DNA of 64,000 nt from Octopus vulgaris (GCA_951406725.2 OX597831.1:5456001-5520000); one strand, 5' to 3'; shown: positions 1 to 13,562, numbered from the stretch's first letter. A program made the numbers and translations. Notes: generated from the letters alone by a model not told the origin.

Positions 1-9
1 GCGGTAACG

Positions 10-455
10 ATTCTTTCTACTAAAAGAACAAGGCCTGACATTTTGAGGGAGGTGATCAGTCGATTACGTCGACCCACAGTACTAAACTGGTCCCTATTTC
101 ATCGGGCCCGAAAGGATGAAAGGCAAAGTCGATCCCGGTGACATTTGAACTCAGAACGTGATAACTGACGAAATACCTATTTCTTTATTACCCACAAGGG
201 GCTAAACAAAGACAGACATAGGTATTAAGTCGATTACATCGACCCCAGTGCGTAACTGGTACTTAATTTATTGACCCGAAAGGATGAAAGGCAAAATCGA
301 CCTCGGCGGAATTTGAACTCACAACGTAACGCAGACGAAATACCGCTCAGCATTTCGCCCGGCGTGCAAAAGATTCTGCCAGCTCGCCGCCTTAACTGAC
401 GAAATACCGCCAAGCACTTTGCCTGGCGCGGCAACGATTCTGCCAACTCGCTGCC
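10..455 (-). mobile_element. tRNA-derived SINE family A, multimeric cluster
   Basis: Repeated blocks gaaaggatgaaaggcaaagtcgacctcggcggaatttgaactcagaacgt, the reverse complement of the B box GAGTTCAAATTC plus conserved body. Confidence 0.85.
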
Positions 456-667
456 TTTCAAGACTCCAATAATAACAGATTGCATCTTTGATAATTGCAT
501 TCTTCAAGTACTCTACTATATCCCTTTCCCTTTTTTTAAAAACCCTGGTATCGAATAGGGTTATCATATCGATTATAACTCATAGATTCTTCTTCTTGTG
601 GACGACTACTACGTCCAGTCTGTTGTGTTCTCTTCCTCTTACCACGTCCACCACTATATTTTTTTGT

Positions 668-1065
668 CTTTTACTTGTTTCATTCATTAGACTGCAGCCA
701 TACTGGAGCAATGCCTTGATGGGTTTTAGTCGAACTAATCGACTCCAAGACTTTTTTCTATAAAGCATGATACTTATTTTATCGGTCTCTTTTTTTACCG
801 GACCGATAGATTACAGGGACGTAAACACACCAACACCGTTTGTCAAGCGGTGGAGGGGGACAAAGACGGACATAAACACACACACATATATATATATATA
901 AATATATACGACGGGCTTCTTTCAGTTTCCGTCTACCAAATCCACTCACAAGGCTTTGGTCGGCCCGAAGTTATAGTAAAAGACGTTTGCCCAAGGTGCC
1001 ACGCAGTGGGACTGAACCCGGAACCATGTGGTTGGGAAGCAAACTTCTTACCACACAACCACATA
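668..1065 (-). mobile_element. tRNA-derived SINE family B (CORE-like), near full length
   Basis: Reverse complement of the element at 13563-14006, with internal (TA/CA)n. Confidence 0.85.
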
Positions 1066-1733
1066 GTTTCTCGTTGAACTGGACGGATTTTAAGCGTGTC
1101 AAAAGAAATGACTTGCGGTATTTGTTCCGACTCTTTACGGTCTGAGTTCAAATCCGCCGAAGTCAGCTTTGTCTTTCATTCCTCCAGGGTCGATAAAATA
1201 AAGTACCAGTCAAATACTGGGGCCGATGGTATCGATTTGTCTCCTCCCTTCAAAACTGGTGACCTTGAGCCTAAATTAAAGTTCTCATTTCAGGCTTGGT
1301 AAAGGCAGCGAGTTAGCTGAATAATTAGCGCTTCGGACAAAATACTTAGCGGCATTCTTCTGGGCTTTACGTTCGGAGTTCAAATTCCACCGAGATTAAC
1401 TTTGCTTGTCATCTTTTCGGGATCGTTAAAATACGAACCAGTTGAATACTAGGATCGATATAATCGACTAATCCCTCCTAACAAACTATCCGGCTTTGTG
1501 CCGACAGTTTAAAGGATTATTACTGGACTGGCAGAATCGTTATGCGGCCTACAAAATGCTGTTTTGTATTTGTTCTGGGACTTTGCTCTGCTTTCTGAAA
1601 TCCAAATCCCGCTAGTGACAGTTTTTATTTTATCATTCCTTCGGGGTCGATAAAATAAAGAAGTAGTCAAGTACTGGAGCCAGTTCGCTCGACTAGATCC
1701 CGCCCACAAACGATATTGTGACCATCATCACAG

Positions 1734-1965
1734 GGACGGCCAGCTGGCAGAACTGTTAGCACGCCGGGCGAAATGCGTAGCCGTATTTTGTCTGCCGTTA
1801 CGTTCTGAGTTCAAATTCCGCCGAGGTCGACTTTGCCTTTCATCCTTTCGGGGTCGATAAATTAAGTACCAGTTACGCACTGGGGTCGATGTAATCGACT
1901 TAATCCGTTTGTTTGTCCTTGTTTGTCCTCTCTATGTTTAGCCCCTTGTGGGTAATAAAGAAATA
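1734..1965 (+). mobile_element. SINE family A, full-length monomer
   Basis: Head ctggcagaactgttagcacgccggg, B box gagttcaaattc, body gactttgcctttcatcctttcggggtcg, tail gtgggtaataaagaaata. Confidence 0.9.
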
Positions 1966-1967
1966 TA

Positions 1968-2196
1968 TTATGATGATAATGATGATGAGGTGGAGGAGGA
2001 GAAGGAGAAGGATGACCGTGATGGTGAGGATGAACGTCGTGATGATGGTGGTAATGATGATGATGATGATGAGGGGGAGGGGGATGGTGATGGTGACGAT
2101 GATGATGATGGGAACGAGTGAAACGATAATAATGCTGATGTTAACAATATTGATTGGAAGTAGTAGTAGTAGTAGTAGTGGTGGTGGTGGTGTGGT

Positions 2197-2227
<31 letters not shown>

Positions 2228-2295
2228 GCGGTGGTGGCGATGGTGGTGGTGGTGGTGGTGGTGGTGGTGGTAGGGGCAGTGGTGGTGGTGCCGAT
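1968..2295. repeat. Compound trinucleotide low-complexity tract (GAT/GGT/AGT/GGC)n
   Basis: Direct reading. Explains ORF 1913..2302. Confidence 0.9.
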
Positions 2296-2626
2296 TCCGT
2301 GATTAATTAACAGTAATTACGATATATAATTATAGCAACGTGTCACATTGATTGCACAGACAGTAGTTGTTGTTGTTGTGGTGCTGGTTGATTTTGTTGC
2401 CTAAATTAATTACCAATATAAATCTCATTTGATGAGTTTCTAATTGGGAAAGATGGCTACATCAGCAGTAACAACAACGACAACATCAACAACAACTGTC
2501 TCACCTAAACAACAACCATACAGCCACCAACACCATCACATTTACTATTCGTTTTTACTTTAAAACTTTCACTCACACATATACAAACACACACACACAC
2601 TCATATATATATATGTATGTATATAC

Positions 2627-2691
<65 letters not shown>

Positions 2692-2862
2692 CATATGTAT
2701 ATATGTATATTTAGTGTACATATATATATATATATATATACAATTTATAAGTAAGGCCAAACGAAAAAATTTCTAATGCCAAAATATGCCCAAAATAGAC
2801 TCTTTTGCCGTTACTTATAAATTGTTTATAAATTTAACCTTTAAAGGTATTTTTTTAATATG

Positions 2863-2905
2863 CTGATCATTGATAAAGGGCAACAACCCTGAAACATGTC
2901 TGCAG
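2863..2905 (+). ncRNA. Degenerate minimal hammerhead-ribozyme motif (Penelope-like remnant)
   Basis: ttgataa AGGG caacaa CCCT GAAA CATGTC tgcag: stem II, GAAA, palindromic ACATGT and a GUC triplet are present, but the CUGANGA core is mutated. Confidence 0.4.
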
Positions 2906-3071
2906 ATGTCTGACTAGCAAGGTGAAGCGGCTGACCTCCCCTGTTCGAAGGTTGTAATGGACGCAGGTTCGTGTGTCATATAGCTAGCTAGAGGCGATGG
3001 CCTCTTGGAGCTAATCAGCGACAGCTTTAGTCTCATTTATAGACTGCCATATTAGTATGGCGATAACTATT

Positions 3072-3099
<28 letters not shown>

Positions 3100-3102
<3 letters not shown>

Positions 3103-3270
3103 GAAGGGGTGCTGAAAAGTTCCTGGTTTTAAAGGTATAACGAAAAGCCTGGTTGAAGACCCATCATCCCAAGTTCTTTTATAGGGCTTAGAAAAACTGA
3201 AGGACCACTGCAATAAGTGTATGAATCTGAGAGGAGAATATTTTGGATAAAATCCTAATAACTTCACCCG
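3100..3270 (+). mobile_element. Mariner deletion derivative
   Basis: TIR-like cacgaaggggtgctgaaaagttcctgg followed by a transposase C-terminal remnant LEKLKDHCNKCMNLRGEYFG*. Confidence 0.6.
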
Positions 3271-3644
3271 CGCCGCTGTTGAAGCTTTCCATTTGTCACT
3301 GATATTTCTGTGCCTTTAGTACTATACGTCTATAAGAGATACTTTCTCAAGTATTGTGACTTTCTTACTATATATCCACGTTAAATAAAGAATACAGATT
3401 ACTATATATATATATATATGTATGGTTGTACTTATCTATACTTTGTATATACTGTGTGAAACTGAGTGAAATGGCGAGTGAATATCACAATCATCAGAGG
3501 AGGTGCATTGTACACCTTGGATGTAAAATAATGATGGCACAACGTCTTACCTGTGTACAACAGGTGTAAGAGTGCGTCGAAACGACTGTAGTAGTTCTAA
3601 GTAAAGAATGTCGTTAATTCCATTTTCTTTCATTTGTTTATGAA

Positions 3645-3677
<33 letters not shown>

Positions 3678-3769
3678 CTATGTAGACAGATGGATAGACA
3701 GACACATAGGTAGACAGGCAGACAGATAGATAGATATACAGATAGACAGACAGATAGATAGATAGATAA

Positions 3770-3812
<43 letters not shown>

Positions 3813-4112
3813 TACAGACAGACAGACAGACAGATAGATAGATAGATAGATATGTTTCTTTATTAGCCACACAGGGCTGCACACAGATAGAACAAATTAC
3901 AAGGTAGAGCTTTTCTTTTGAAGGTTTAAAAAATAAAAAATAAAAAAAATAAAATAAAAATAAAATAAAAAAGGGGGGGTCGATCAAAGGGGATCGTAAA
4001 AGGAGAGAAAGAGGACAAAAAAAAAGGGGGGTTACAAAAAAGGGGGAGAGGAAAAAAATTGATCAATAGGGATCGTTATCACAGAAATGTCAATATGAAG
4101 TGTAAAGGGGAG

Positions 4113-4176
<64 letters not shown>

Positions 4177-4286
4177 TACAGTCAGACAAATAGATAGATA
4201 GATAGATATACAGTCAGACAAATAGACAGATAGATCGATAAATAGACAGACAGACAGACAGATAGATAGACAGTCAGTCAGTCAGT

Positions 4287-4372
<86 letters not shown>

Positions 4373-4420
4373 TACAGTCAGACAGACACACAGACAGACA
4401 GATAGATAGATATACACACT
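3645..4420. repeat. (CA)n, (GATA)n and (GACA)n microsatellite complex with an inserted LINE-tail fragment near 3855-4110
   Basis: Direct reading. Confidence 0.9.
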
Positions 4421-4920
4421 CACAAATTCGTATTTCTACAAATGTGTATGCATGCATGCGTGTGTGTGTGTATGTTTGAGTGTGTGCATGTGTGTCTGAG
4501 AGCGCATGCGTGCGTGTTTATTCACAAGTTTTACAGTCTACTACGAGTTTCACCTTTGGCTCGGTTGTTTGCAATTATCTATTAACAGGTCAGCCCGTGG
4601 CGAAACTCAAAGCCTGACAACTATTGATACAATAGACATATCTATTCACTCTAACCTTCCTGTTGATATTCCTATGAGATAAAACGCTTGTTATTATGTA
4701 AAATATATGTACTTCACAGTTTTTGCATTATGTTATCTGTGTGCGTGTTTCTCCCAAAACAATTAGTTCAACAAAAAACAGATTATGTTTTGCAAGCGAG
4801 CATGCCCTCTATGTACTGTAATAGAAAAAGCTCTTTTCAATTAGTTATGGAGTATATAACTTTCAGTAAAATAAATCAATCATTAAAGTTTACTCTTTCT
4901 AGAAAATTTTATAAATTCCA

Positions 4921-4965
<45 letters not shown>

Positions 4966-4985
4966 CATACATACACACACACACA

Positions 4986-5038
<53 letters not shown>

Positions 5039-5124
5039 AGATATGCATATGTATAGATATGTGACCACATGTGTATCGTTGGCGATTTTCTTTCTCCGTT
5101 TTCCCTTCTTTGGACTTTTTCTAT

Positions 5125-5159
5125 ATTTCTGATGAAGAGCTCCGCTCGAAACGTAAAAT
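5125..5159 (+). ncRNA. Minimal type I hammerhead-ribozyme motif in a Penelope-like terminal-repeat fragment (~5060-5260)
   Basis: ATTT CTGATGA A GAGC tcc GCTC GAAA CGTA AAAT: intact core with one extra A, 4-bp stems I and II, palindromic ACGT in place of stem III. Confidence 0.6.
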
Positions 5160-5261
5160 CCGCTTTCTTTTCTTTCCTTTCATGAGCGTCCAATAACACA
5201 GTATTTGTTCCACGTTCTCGCGTTGTTGTTTTTTCTTGCTTGCTCCTGTTTGGGCTGACTA

Positions 5262-5300
<39 letters not shown>

Positions 5301-5308
<8 letters not shown>

Positions 5309-5433
5309 TTATAGAAGGAGCTTCTACAGGACTAGAACTGTTTCATTCAAAAGAAATCATCAGGAAGCTTCCTGATGATTTCTTTGAATGAAACAGTTCT
5401 AGTCCTGTAGAAGCTCCTTCTATAAAATAAATT
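5301..5433. repeat. Near-perfect spacerless palindrome (~66-bp arms) centred on aagctt
   Basis: The arms are reverse complements except for a 1-nt indel. Each arm carries CTGATGA...GAAAC. Confidence 0.9.
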
Positions 5434-5497
5434 AATTTACTCTGCTATGTATTGAGTACCTTATTTACTGTGGTTAACCCCGACTCAACCCGGGACC

Positions 5498-5539
<42 letters not shown>

Positions 5540-5589
5540 TGTATGTATGTATTAAAATATGTTTTTTGAATTTTTAATTATTGAAGATG

Positions 5590-5920
5590 TCAGGCCGGTG
5601 GTTCTGAGCTCGTCCAAAATGCTCCGTTTCCATGTCTGCTTCGGACGTCTTTGCTTCCTTTTCCCCTGCGGGTTCCAGTCAAGTACTTGTCGTGTCACAT
5701 TTGAGGGTTCTTCCCGCAGTGTGTGTCTAATCCATCTCCATTTCCTTCGTCTAATCTGAACATGTATGGGCTCCTGGTTGGCCCTTTCCCACAGGTCGGT
5801 GTTTGGCACTCTGTCGAACCACTTCAGATGGAGGATCTGCCGGAGACATTTGTTGATAAAGGTCTGGATCTTCTTGTAGTTGCTGCAGGTGGCTCTCCAT
5901 GTTTCAGAGCCATACAAAAG
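5590..5920 (-). mobile_element. RTE-type LINE fragment (C-terminal part of the RT ORF)
   Basis: LLYGSETW...FINKCLRQIL...RRRKWRWIRHTLR...LDWNPQGKRKQRRPKQTWKR is typical of RTE-clade C-termini. Confidence 0.85.
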
Positions 5921-6255
5921 CACAGATTAATTGATCAACAATACTCCAACCTCGTGTTCCAATCTCGTGTTTCATTTCATTTCATGCTACACGTTTCTTC
6001 ATTATTGATTACACGTGAAATTACCTGTTATTACGTGTGTTATGTATGTTATAAATATGCACCACATCATCAGGATACCCGCACTCCACAGGCAACAAAA
6101 TATCATATAATGTAAAAAAAAAAAAACAGGTAATAGTAGGTAATATATACTTTTCGTTTATGTACCCAGGGATATATTTCCTATGAGCACTTTGTTAAAG
6201 TTCCCGCACAGAGATTATATTTTTGTTGCATCTGCGAAATATCATCATCATCATC

Positions 6256-6286
<31 letters not shown>

Positions 6287-6299
6287 ATGTAATAATTGT

Positions 6300-6424
6300 A
6301 AATTAATTAGATACATAGATATTTGTTTGTATGTGTCTATGCGTGTGCATAAGTGTCTCTATGTGCGCATGAATATATAATTGTTTGCGTATATACATGT
6401 ACATATATATATAAGTATATATAA

Positions 6425-6455
<31 letters not shown>

Positions 6456-6805
6456 CAAACACACCCACACACACATATACTCATCGATACTTAAATGCAT
6501 GGCTGCGTGAATATGCAAATATATAATTGTATATATAATATGGATATGTAATGTATATATGTATAGGTATGTAAATATGTGTGTATGTATATATATGTGC
6601 GTGTGTGTATGTATGTATGTATGTCTGTATATACGTATATATATATATATATATATATACATGCATATATAAAGTTATATATATAACTAATATATATATA
6701 TATTATTTATATGTATATACATACATACATATATTTATATTTATATATATACATATATATATAGTTATATATATATATATTTATATGTATGTATTTATAT
6801 TTGTT

Positions 6806-6851
<46 letters not shown>

Positions 6852-6860
6852 TGTATGCTT
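6300..6860. repeat. TA/TG-rich low-complexity tract
   Basis: Direct reading. Confidence 0.85.
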
Positions 6861-7209
6861 TCGACTATGTATTTGTGAGATTATATAAACATTAAGAAGT
6901 TCTATACATATAAATAGCCAAATAGCCAGTCAGCAAAAACTGTGAAATCTCTTTACAACTCCACTGGCAGCAGATAATCGCCATTTTAACAACGTTCGTT
7001 CATTTCAGTAGAAATTTCCAGAAAATGATAAAGTACTTAAGGTTACCGGCAGCGTCTGTAAATGTTGTTAGGGAATGGAATTAAAATATAAAAATAACGA
7101 TCTCAGCGGGAAAGAGAAGTAATCGACACAGAGTAAGAGTAGAGGAATCACTATTTCCGTAGACTTTCGGATAAAGTAGAAAACCACAGTTTGACACAAG
7201 GTAAAGAAT

Positions 7210-7244
7210 ACTAATGCTAATAATAATAATAATAATAATAATGC

Positions 7245-7306
<62 letters not shown>

Positions 7307-7307
7307 C

Positions 7308-7367
<60 letters not shown>

Positions 7368-7372
7368 TGATA
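7210..7372. repeat. (AAT)n microsatellite
   Basis: Direct reading. Gives the poly-Ile ORF. Confidence 0.95.
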
Positions 7373-8395
7373 ATCGTTTCTACTATAGTCGCAAGGTCTA
7401 AAATTTAGCGGAGGGGGATAGTTGACTACATCGACTCCAGTACTAGTACTTAATTTATCGACCCCGAAAGAGTAAAAGGCAAAGTCGACCTCGACGTAAT
7501 TTGAACTCAGAACGTAGCGGTAGACGAAATACCTAATTCTTTACTACCCACAAGGGGCTAAACACAGAGAGGACAAACAAGGACAGACAAACGGATTAAG
7601 TTGATTATATCGACCCCAGTGTGTAACTGGTACTTATTTAATCGACCCCGAAAGGATGAAAGGCAAAGTCGAACTCAGAACGTAACGGCAGACGAAATAC
7701 CGCTAAGCATTTCGCCCGGCAATGCAAACGATCCTGCCAGCTCGCCGCCCTATCATCATAATAATAATAAGAAGAAGAAGAAGAAGAATCGTTTCTTTAT
7801 TGGCCTCAAGGGCCGAATATAATAATAGAAGTAATAATGATAATAGTAATAATAATAATGATGATAATAATTTCGAATTCTGGTACAAGGCTAACAATTT
7901 CGGGGAAGGGTGTGTCGATTATATTTCTTTATTGCCCACAAGGGGCTAAACATAGAGGGGACAAACAAGGACAGACAAAGGGATTAAGTCGATTATATCG
8001 ACCCCAGTGCGTAACTGGTACTTAATTTATCGAACCCCGAAAGGATGAAAGACAAAGTCTCCTTCGGCGGAATTTGAACTCAGAATGTAGCGACGGGCGA
8101 AATACCGCTAAGCATTTCGTCCGGCGTGCTAACGATTCTGCCAGCTCGCCGCCTTAATTAAAATAATAATAATAATAATGATTTCAATTTTTGGCATAAG
8201 GCCAGCAAATTCGGGGGAATGGTAAGTCGAGTATATCAACCCCAGAGTTTAACTGGTACTTATTTTATCGATCCCGAAAGAGTGAAAGGCAATGTCGACC
8301 TCGGCGGAATCTGAACTCAGAACCTGAAGACGAACAAAATGCCGATAAACATTTCGTCCGGCATGCTAACGATTCTGCCAGCTCGCCGCCTTAAC
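7373..8395 (-). mobile_element. Cluster of SINE family A copies separated by (AAT)n
   Basis: At least five copies of the conserved body. Confidence 0.85.
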
Positions 8396-8944
8396 GATGA
8401 CGACGATGATGATATATTTTTAACTAAGATGACCTCCTATACACCGGGGAAGGATGCAGTCAATTTAATCGAGCTTAAGATCTGATTCGTAATTATTTAC
8501 CTTATCGAACTCCAGTGGGGGATTAAATACAGTTTTCCCCGTGTTGGGGGATATGAAATAAAACCGTAATGGAAAATGAGTTTAATGAATTACCAGAAGG
8601 CATTTTGACCAGCGCTTGACTGAGTCTGCTGTTCTACCGCTTCAATAATTGAAGCAACGGCTTGCAGATTCATTAACCTTTGATATAAGCATTCCTAGCT
8701 GTTTTAGAAATAATAGCCACTGACCTCATTAAGCTATGCAGGCCTGTCTCGAAATCTCAACACGAATTCACACCACGCCACAACACTCAACCGACACTAT
8801 ACTCAAACACCACGAGAATCAATCACCACTCCACTCAGTCACCATTATACTCATCAGCCACTCCACTCAACCAGCCACAGCTACTCTCAGCCACTTTACA
8901 CTCAACCACAACTACTCTCGGTCATCACCACACTGAGTTGAGTC

Positions 8945-9505
8945 TGGTACTCCGTCGGTTACGACGACGAGGGTTCCAGTTGATCCGATCAACGGAACAG
9001 CCTGCTCGTGGAATTAACGTGCAAAGTGGCTGAGCACTCCACAGACACGCATACCTATTTCTTCACTGCCCACAAGGTGCTACACACAGAGGGGACAAAC
9101 AAGAACAGACAAACGGATTAAGTCGATTATATCGACCCCAGTGCGTAACTGGTACTTATTTAATCGACCCCGAAAGGATGAAAGGCAAAGTCGACCTCGG
9201 CGGAATTTGAACTCAGAACGTAGCGGCAGACGAAATACCGCTAAGCATTTCGCCCGGCGTGCTAACGTTTCTGCCAGCTCACCGCATAGCCTTAATGTAG
9301 TTCTCAGGGAGATTTAGCGTGACCTACAGAATGCAACAAGGCTGCCCCTTCAAATTACTGGTATTACTCATTTTTGCCAGCTGAGTGAACTGAAGCAACG
9401 TGAAATAAAGCGTCTCAAGAACACCACGTTCTGCCAGGAATCGAACTCAGGACTTTACGATCGTGAGCCAAATATATTAACCAGTACATTACGCACCTTC
9501 ACGAC
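8945..9505 (-). mobile_element. SINE family C with a SINE A copy nested at ~9056-9286
   Basis: The family C sequence is collinear with 61650-61960 and 40160-40400 except for the insert. Confidence 0.75.
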
Positions 9506-9876
9506 ACTCATTCTGCCTCTAGGTTCAACCCCACGCCACTCATAAATCTAACGCAGGAACAATATGTAATGGCTTCAACAACAGAACAACCACCAACACA
9601 TACCATTCTAACAAACATCGGCCCAAACGTCGTTCATACGAAAAATATGCTCAATGCCATCTTTTAGAAACCAGGAGCCTGTACATGACCACACTACCTC
9701 CCAGAAAAAATAAAACGACCGAGTCTCCCTCACATCACACTCTCTCCTCTTGAATAATGGAAGGACATATTCATAGATAGCCTTAAGATTTCTAGATAAT
9801 GGTAGGACTGCTCATTCACGAGTGACCGGGGGTTTCAGCAGCAATAATCAGTAGCACAGAATACAGGCGGAGTTGA

Positions 9877-10491
9877 AGGCGGCGAACTGGCAGAAACGTT
9901 GACACACCGGGCGAAATGCTTAGCGGTATTTCGTCTGCCGTTACGATCTGAGTTCAAATTTCGCCGAGGTCGACTTTGCCTTTCATCCTTTCGGGGTCGG
10001 TAAATTAAGTACCAGTTACGCACTGGGGACGATATAATTGACTTAATTGGTTTATCTGTCCTTGTTTGTCCTCTCTGTGTTTAGCCCCTTGTGGGTAGTA
10101 AAGAAATAGGTATTTCGTCTGTCTTTGTGTTCTGAGTTCAAATTCCGCCGAGGTCAACTTTGCCTTTCATCCTTTCAGGGTCGATTAAATAAGTACCAGT
10201 TACGCACTGGGGTCGATATAATCGATTTAATCCGTTTGTCTGTTCTTGTTTGTCCCCTCTATGCTTAGCCCTTTGTGGGCAATAGAGAAATAAGAAACGT
10301 TAGCACGTCGGGAGAAATGTTTAGTGGTATTTTGTTTGTCTTAACGTTCCGAGTTCAAATTCCACCGAGGTAGACTTTGCTTTTTATCGTTTCAGGACCG
10401 ATAAATTAAGTACCAGTTGCGTACAGGGGTGGATCTAATCGACTGGTTCCCTACCCCAAAATTTCGGGCCTTGTGCCTAGAGTAGAAAAGA
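9877..10491 (+). mobile_element. SINE family A trimer
   Basis: Three head-to-tail bodies. The last has a different tail (ccccaaaatttcgggccttgtgcctagagtagaaaaga). Confidence 0.85.
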
Positions 10492-11917
10492 ACACAGGCG
10501 AGTTCGCCGAGTCTTGTGTAATATCAGCTCTTGCATTTTTGCGTTTGGTTTGCAAAATTTTTATGTGAACGCTTATGTTTCAACACAAGAGTTCACATAT
10601 TTTGTTGTCTCCCGGGAGGGTCATTATACCCATGATAAACACACGCACTGGTTCAGTTTCACTTCTTTATTATTTCTCAACTGAGGAGAGCAATGATCTG
10701 AATGAATCGTTAGCACGCCGGACAAACTGCTGTTTGACAATATTTCGGGGCGATTAAATAAGTACCAGTTATGCACTGGGGTCGATGTAATCGACTTAAT
10801 CTCTTTGTTTGTCCCCTCTATGTTTAGCCCCTTGTGGGCAATAAAGAAAAGAAGATATATATGTGTGCGTGCATATACATCCATGAATATGTGTGAGTAT
10901 ATATATATATATATATATATAGGCATGCATGTCTCTGTACACGTGTGTATGTATAAGCACGTACACAGGCATACACAGGCATATGTACACACACATAATC
11001 ACTCATACACACACATAATCACTCACACACACACACAATGACTCACACACACACTCATGAATGTATTCGTTTGAAGTCGTGGTTTGGGAAGCATAAAGTT
11101 GCCATTTCACCCTCAAGCTGCAACAATCCATGCAGTCTACAAAACACCACTCCTGCAGTTGCAGTTATGTGCCACCGCTGTTAAATAGACTGCTGAGTGG
11201 AAGTACGGACTGAAACCGAGTCACACTGCTGACTGAGATATTTCATGTTCTGCCGTGTTGAATTTCTCACTGGTCTCTCTCCACTGAGCACGCGCAGATC
11301 CCTGCGTCTTTGAGGGAAAGTGATACTGCGATGTCATTGCTTCTCCGACTTCTCATTCTCGTTCATGCTAAGTAAGGAACTTAACTGCCATAGACCAAAA
11401 TCGGAGCTAAAGCGTAGATTCGTTTTCCTGTAGGTTCACATACTGTAAAGGAAGAGAAGTCGTTAGTAGTAGTGGTGATAAACTATAAAACTGATTGACG
11501 TCATAGGAATTTGGAAACTTCGAGAATTTGAGATAATTCTTTTTTTGGAACAGTGAAACTCGAAGTAGGAAAAGCTATAAATAATAGTGTGTAAATATTG
11601 GGTTTAAAAGTCGCAGGACAGAATTCAAAGGCTGTCCAATGGTACAACATCAGTCCTATTTACAGACGTGGGTTCGTGTCCCACGGGTAGCCGTCGACTT
11701 TTTCTATCCAAAGGGACTGTTTAACTCACTGGGTACAAACTATTATTTATAGCTTTATCTACTTCGAGATTCATCATTCCGAAATACAATTATAATCTTG
11801 TTTGTTTGTTTGGGAGAACATGACCCAGACATTTTGGGCTGAGCCATTTGTCAGATGCAGAGAAAAGACAAAAATATTGTATTCTTTGTTTGTGAAAGTA
11901 CTTTTTGTTCCTTCTCG

Positions 11918-12198
11918 AGCCATCCCTGGCTCATATGGTCCGGTCTCCTTGGCGTATAGGTTCCCTACCTGGACGGGACGCCGGTCTGTCGCAGGTGAGC
12001 TGCTAGATGCAGGAGGAAAGAGTGAGAGAAAGTTGTGGCGAAAGAGTCAGCAGAAGTCTCGCCATTACCTTCTGCTCGAGCCGCGTGGAGATTAAGTGTT
12101 TCGCTCATAAACACACACATCGCCCGGTCTGAGATTCGAACCCGTGATCTCTCGACCACGAGTCTGCTCCTCTAACCACTAGGTCATGTGCCTCCACT
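11918..12198 (-). mobile_element. tRNA-derived SINE (family C-like head)
   Basis: The minus strand begins ggaggcacatgacctagtggttagagg...gggttcgaatctc, containing A and B boxes. Confidence 0.65.
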
Positions 12199-12439
12199 TG
12201 TGAAAGTATACTAATTGAATATCTGACGGTGTGAAATTTAAAAAAATAAGTTAAGAGAAATTAAAAGGGAATTATGCTAGAGGTGTCAAGAGAATAAGAG
12301 ACGGAGTAGATTTTTATGCCCCGATTAGAGTATGAAACTCCCCCAACACCAATAAACTTATAGAAGTGGGGGGATAAGAGACGAGATATTGGGTAGCTTA
12401 TATGGAGAATGAGTCACATTTTCACACACACTGACTGTG

Positions 12440-13330
12440 CAAGACGGCGCGTAGTCAGAAGAGATAGAGATGACACTTTGACAAGGTCCTCAGAGCACTG
12501 GCTAACATCCTGGAGGAGGAGAGAAAGAAAAAGTTGCCTGATCCATATAAGATCAATCCCAGCTTTTCGGTTCATCAGAGAGTGACAGAAGCCGATTTTC
12601 AAAAGTATTCAGAACTTCCTGCTTGCAGGACAATCATCGAAGAGGAGAGTGGACCAAGGTAGGAAACCTCACTATCCCCAGGTTGTCCAAGCATCTTATT
12701 GGCCTGACATTGTCATGTGGTCTGAGGTGAAGAAGATAATTCTGATTAAACCGACAATTCCGTTGGCAGTCTGGATGGGAGGAGGATTCGGAGAGGATAG
12801 ACAATAAGTACCAAGATTTGGTTCAACATTGTAGGGGAAATATATGTTTGGCAGATCTGGCAGAATCTTTTGCACGTCGGGCGAAATGCTTAGCGGTATT
12901 TCGTCTGTCTTTACGTTCTGAGTTCAAATTCCGCCGAGGTCGACTTTGCCTTTCACCCTTTCAGAGTCGATAAATTAAGTACCAGTTACGCACTGGGGTC
13001 GATGTAATCGACTTAATACCTACGTCTGTCCTTGTTTGTACCCTTGTGGGTAATAAAGAAATAGGTATTTCGTCTGCCGTTACGTTCTGAGTTCAAATTC
13101 CGCCGAGGTCGACTTTGCCTTTCATCCTTTCGGGATCGATAAATTAAGTACCAGTTACGCACTGGGGTCGATGTAATCAACTTAATCCGTTTGTCTGTCC
13201 TTGTTTGTCCCTTCTGTGTTTAGCCCCTTGTGGGTAGTAAAGAAATAGGTCTGGCTATTTCTAGTTGAGGTTGGTGGTAGAGGGGGGGTGTCCTGCACAT
13301 AACCTCAAGTGTTATTTGGAATTATTGATC
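12440..13330 (+). mobile_element. Decayed non-LTR retrotransposon with restriction-like endonuclease remnant (HERO/NeSL/R4-like), interrupted by a SINE A multimer at ~12858-13247
   Basis: Peptide remnants WPDIVMWSEVKKIILIKPTIP, KYQDLVQHC and, after the SINE, VWLFLVEVGGRG resemble the PD..E/K..KY..EVG.RG endonuclease signature. Confidence 0.6.
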
Positions 13331-13562
13331 GTGTAACGATGAAGTAAAGATATCGACACGATTTAATTAAAGATGATATCAACACGACTTTAAAAATAAT
13401 TTCCACGCGATTAAAACTCAGAACCAAGGCCGAATTCACAAATTAACTGCAAAATAATTTATTATGTTTAAACAGTTGTATCAGTCGTCGTCCGACTGAT
13501 AATAATTAGAATGACAAATATTGGTTTCGAATTTCGACACAAGTCCGGCAATTTTAAGGATA

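Noticed and set aside
11625-11700. tRNA-like sequence with gggttcgtgtccc
   Set aside because: No complete cloverleaf. Probably a decayed SINE head. The same applies to all SINE heads, so no tRNA gene is called.
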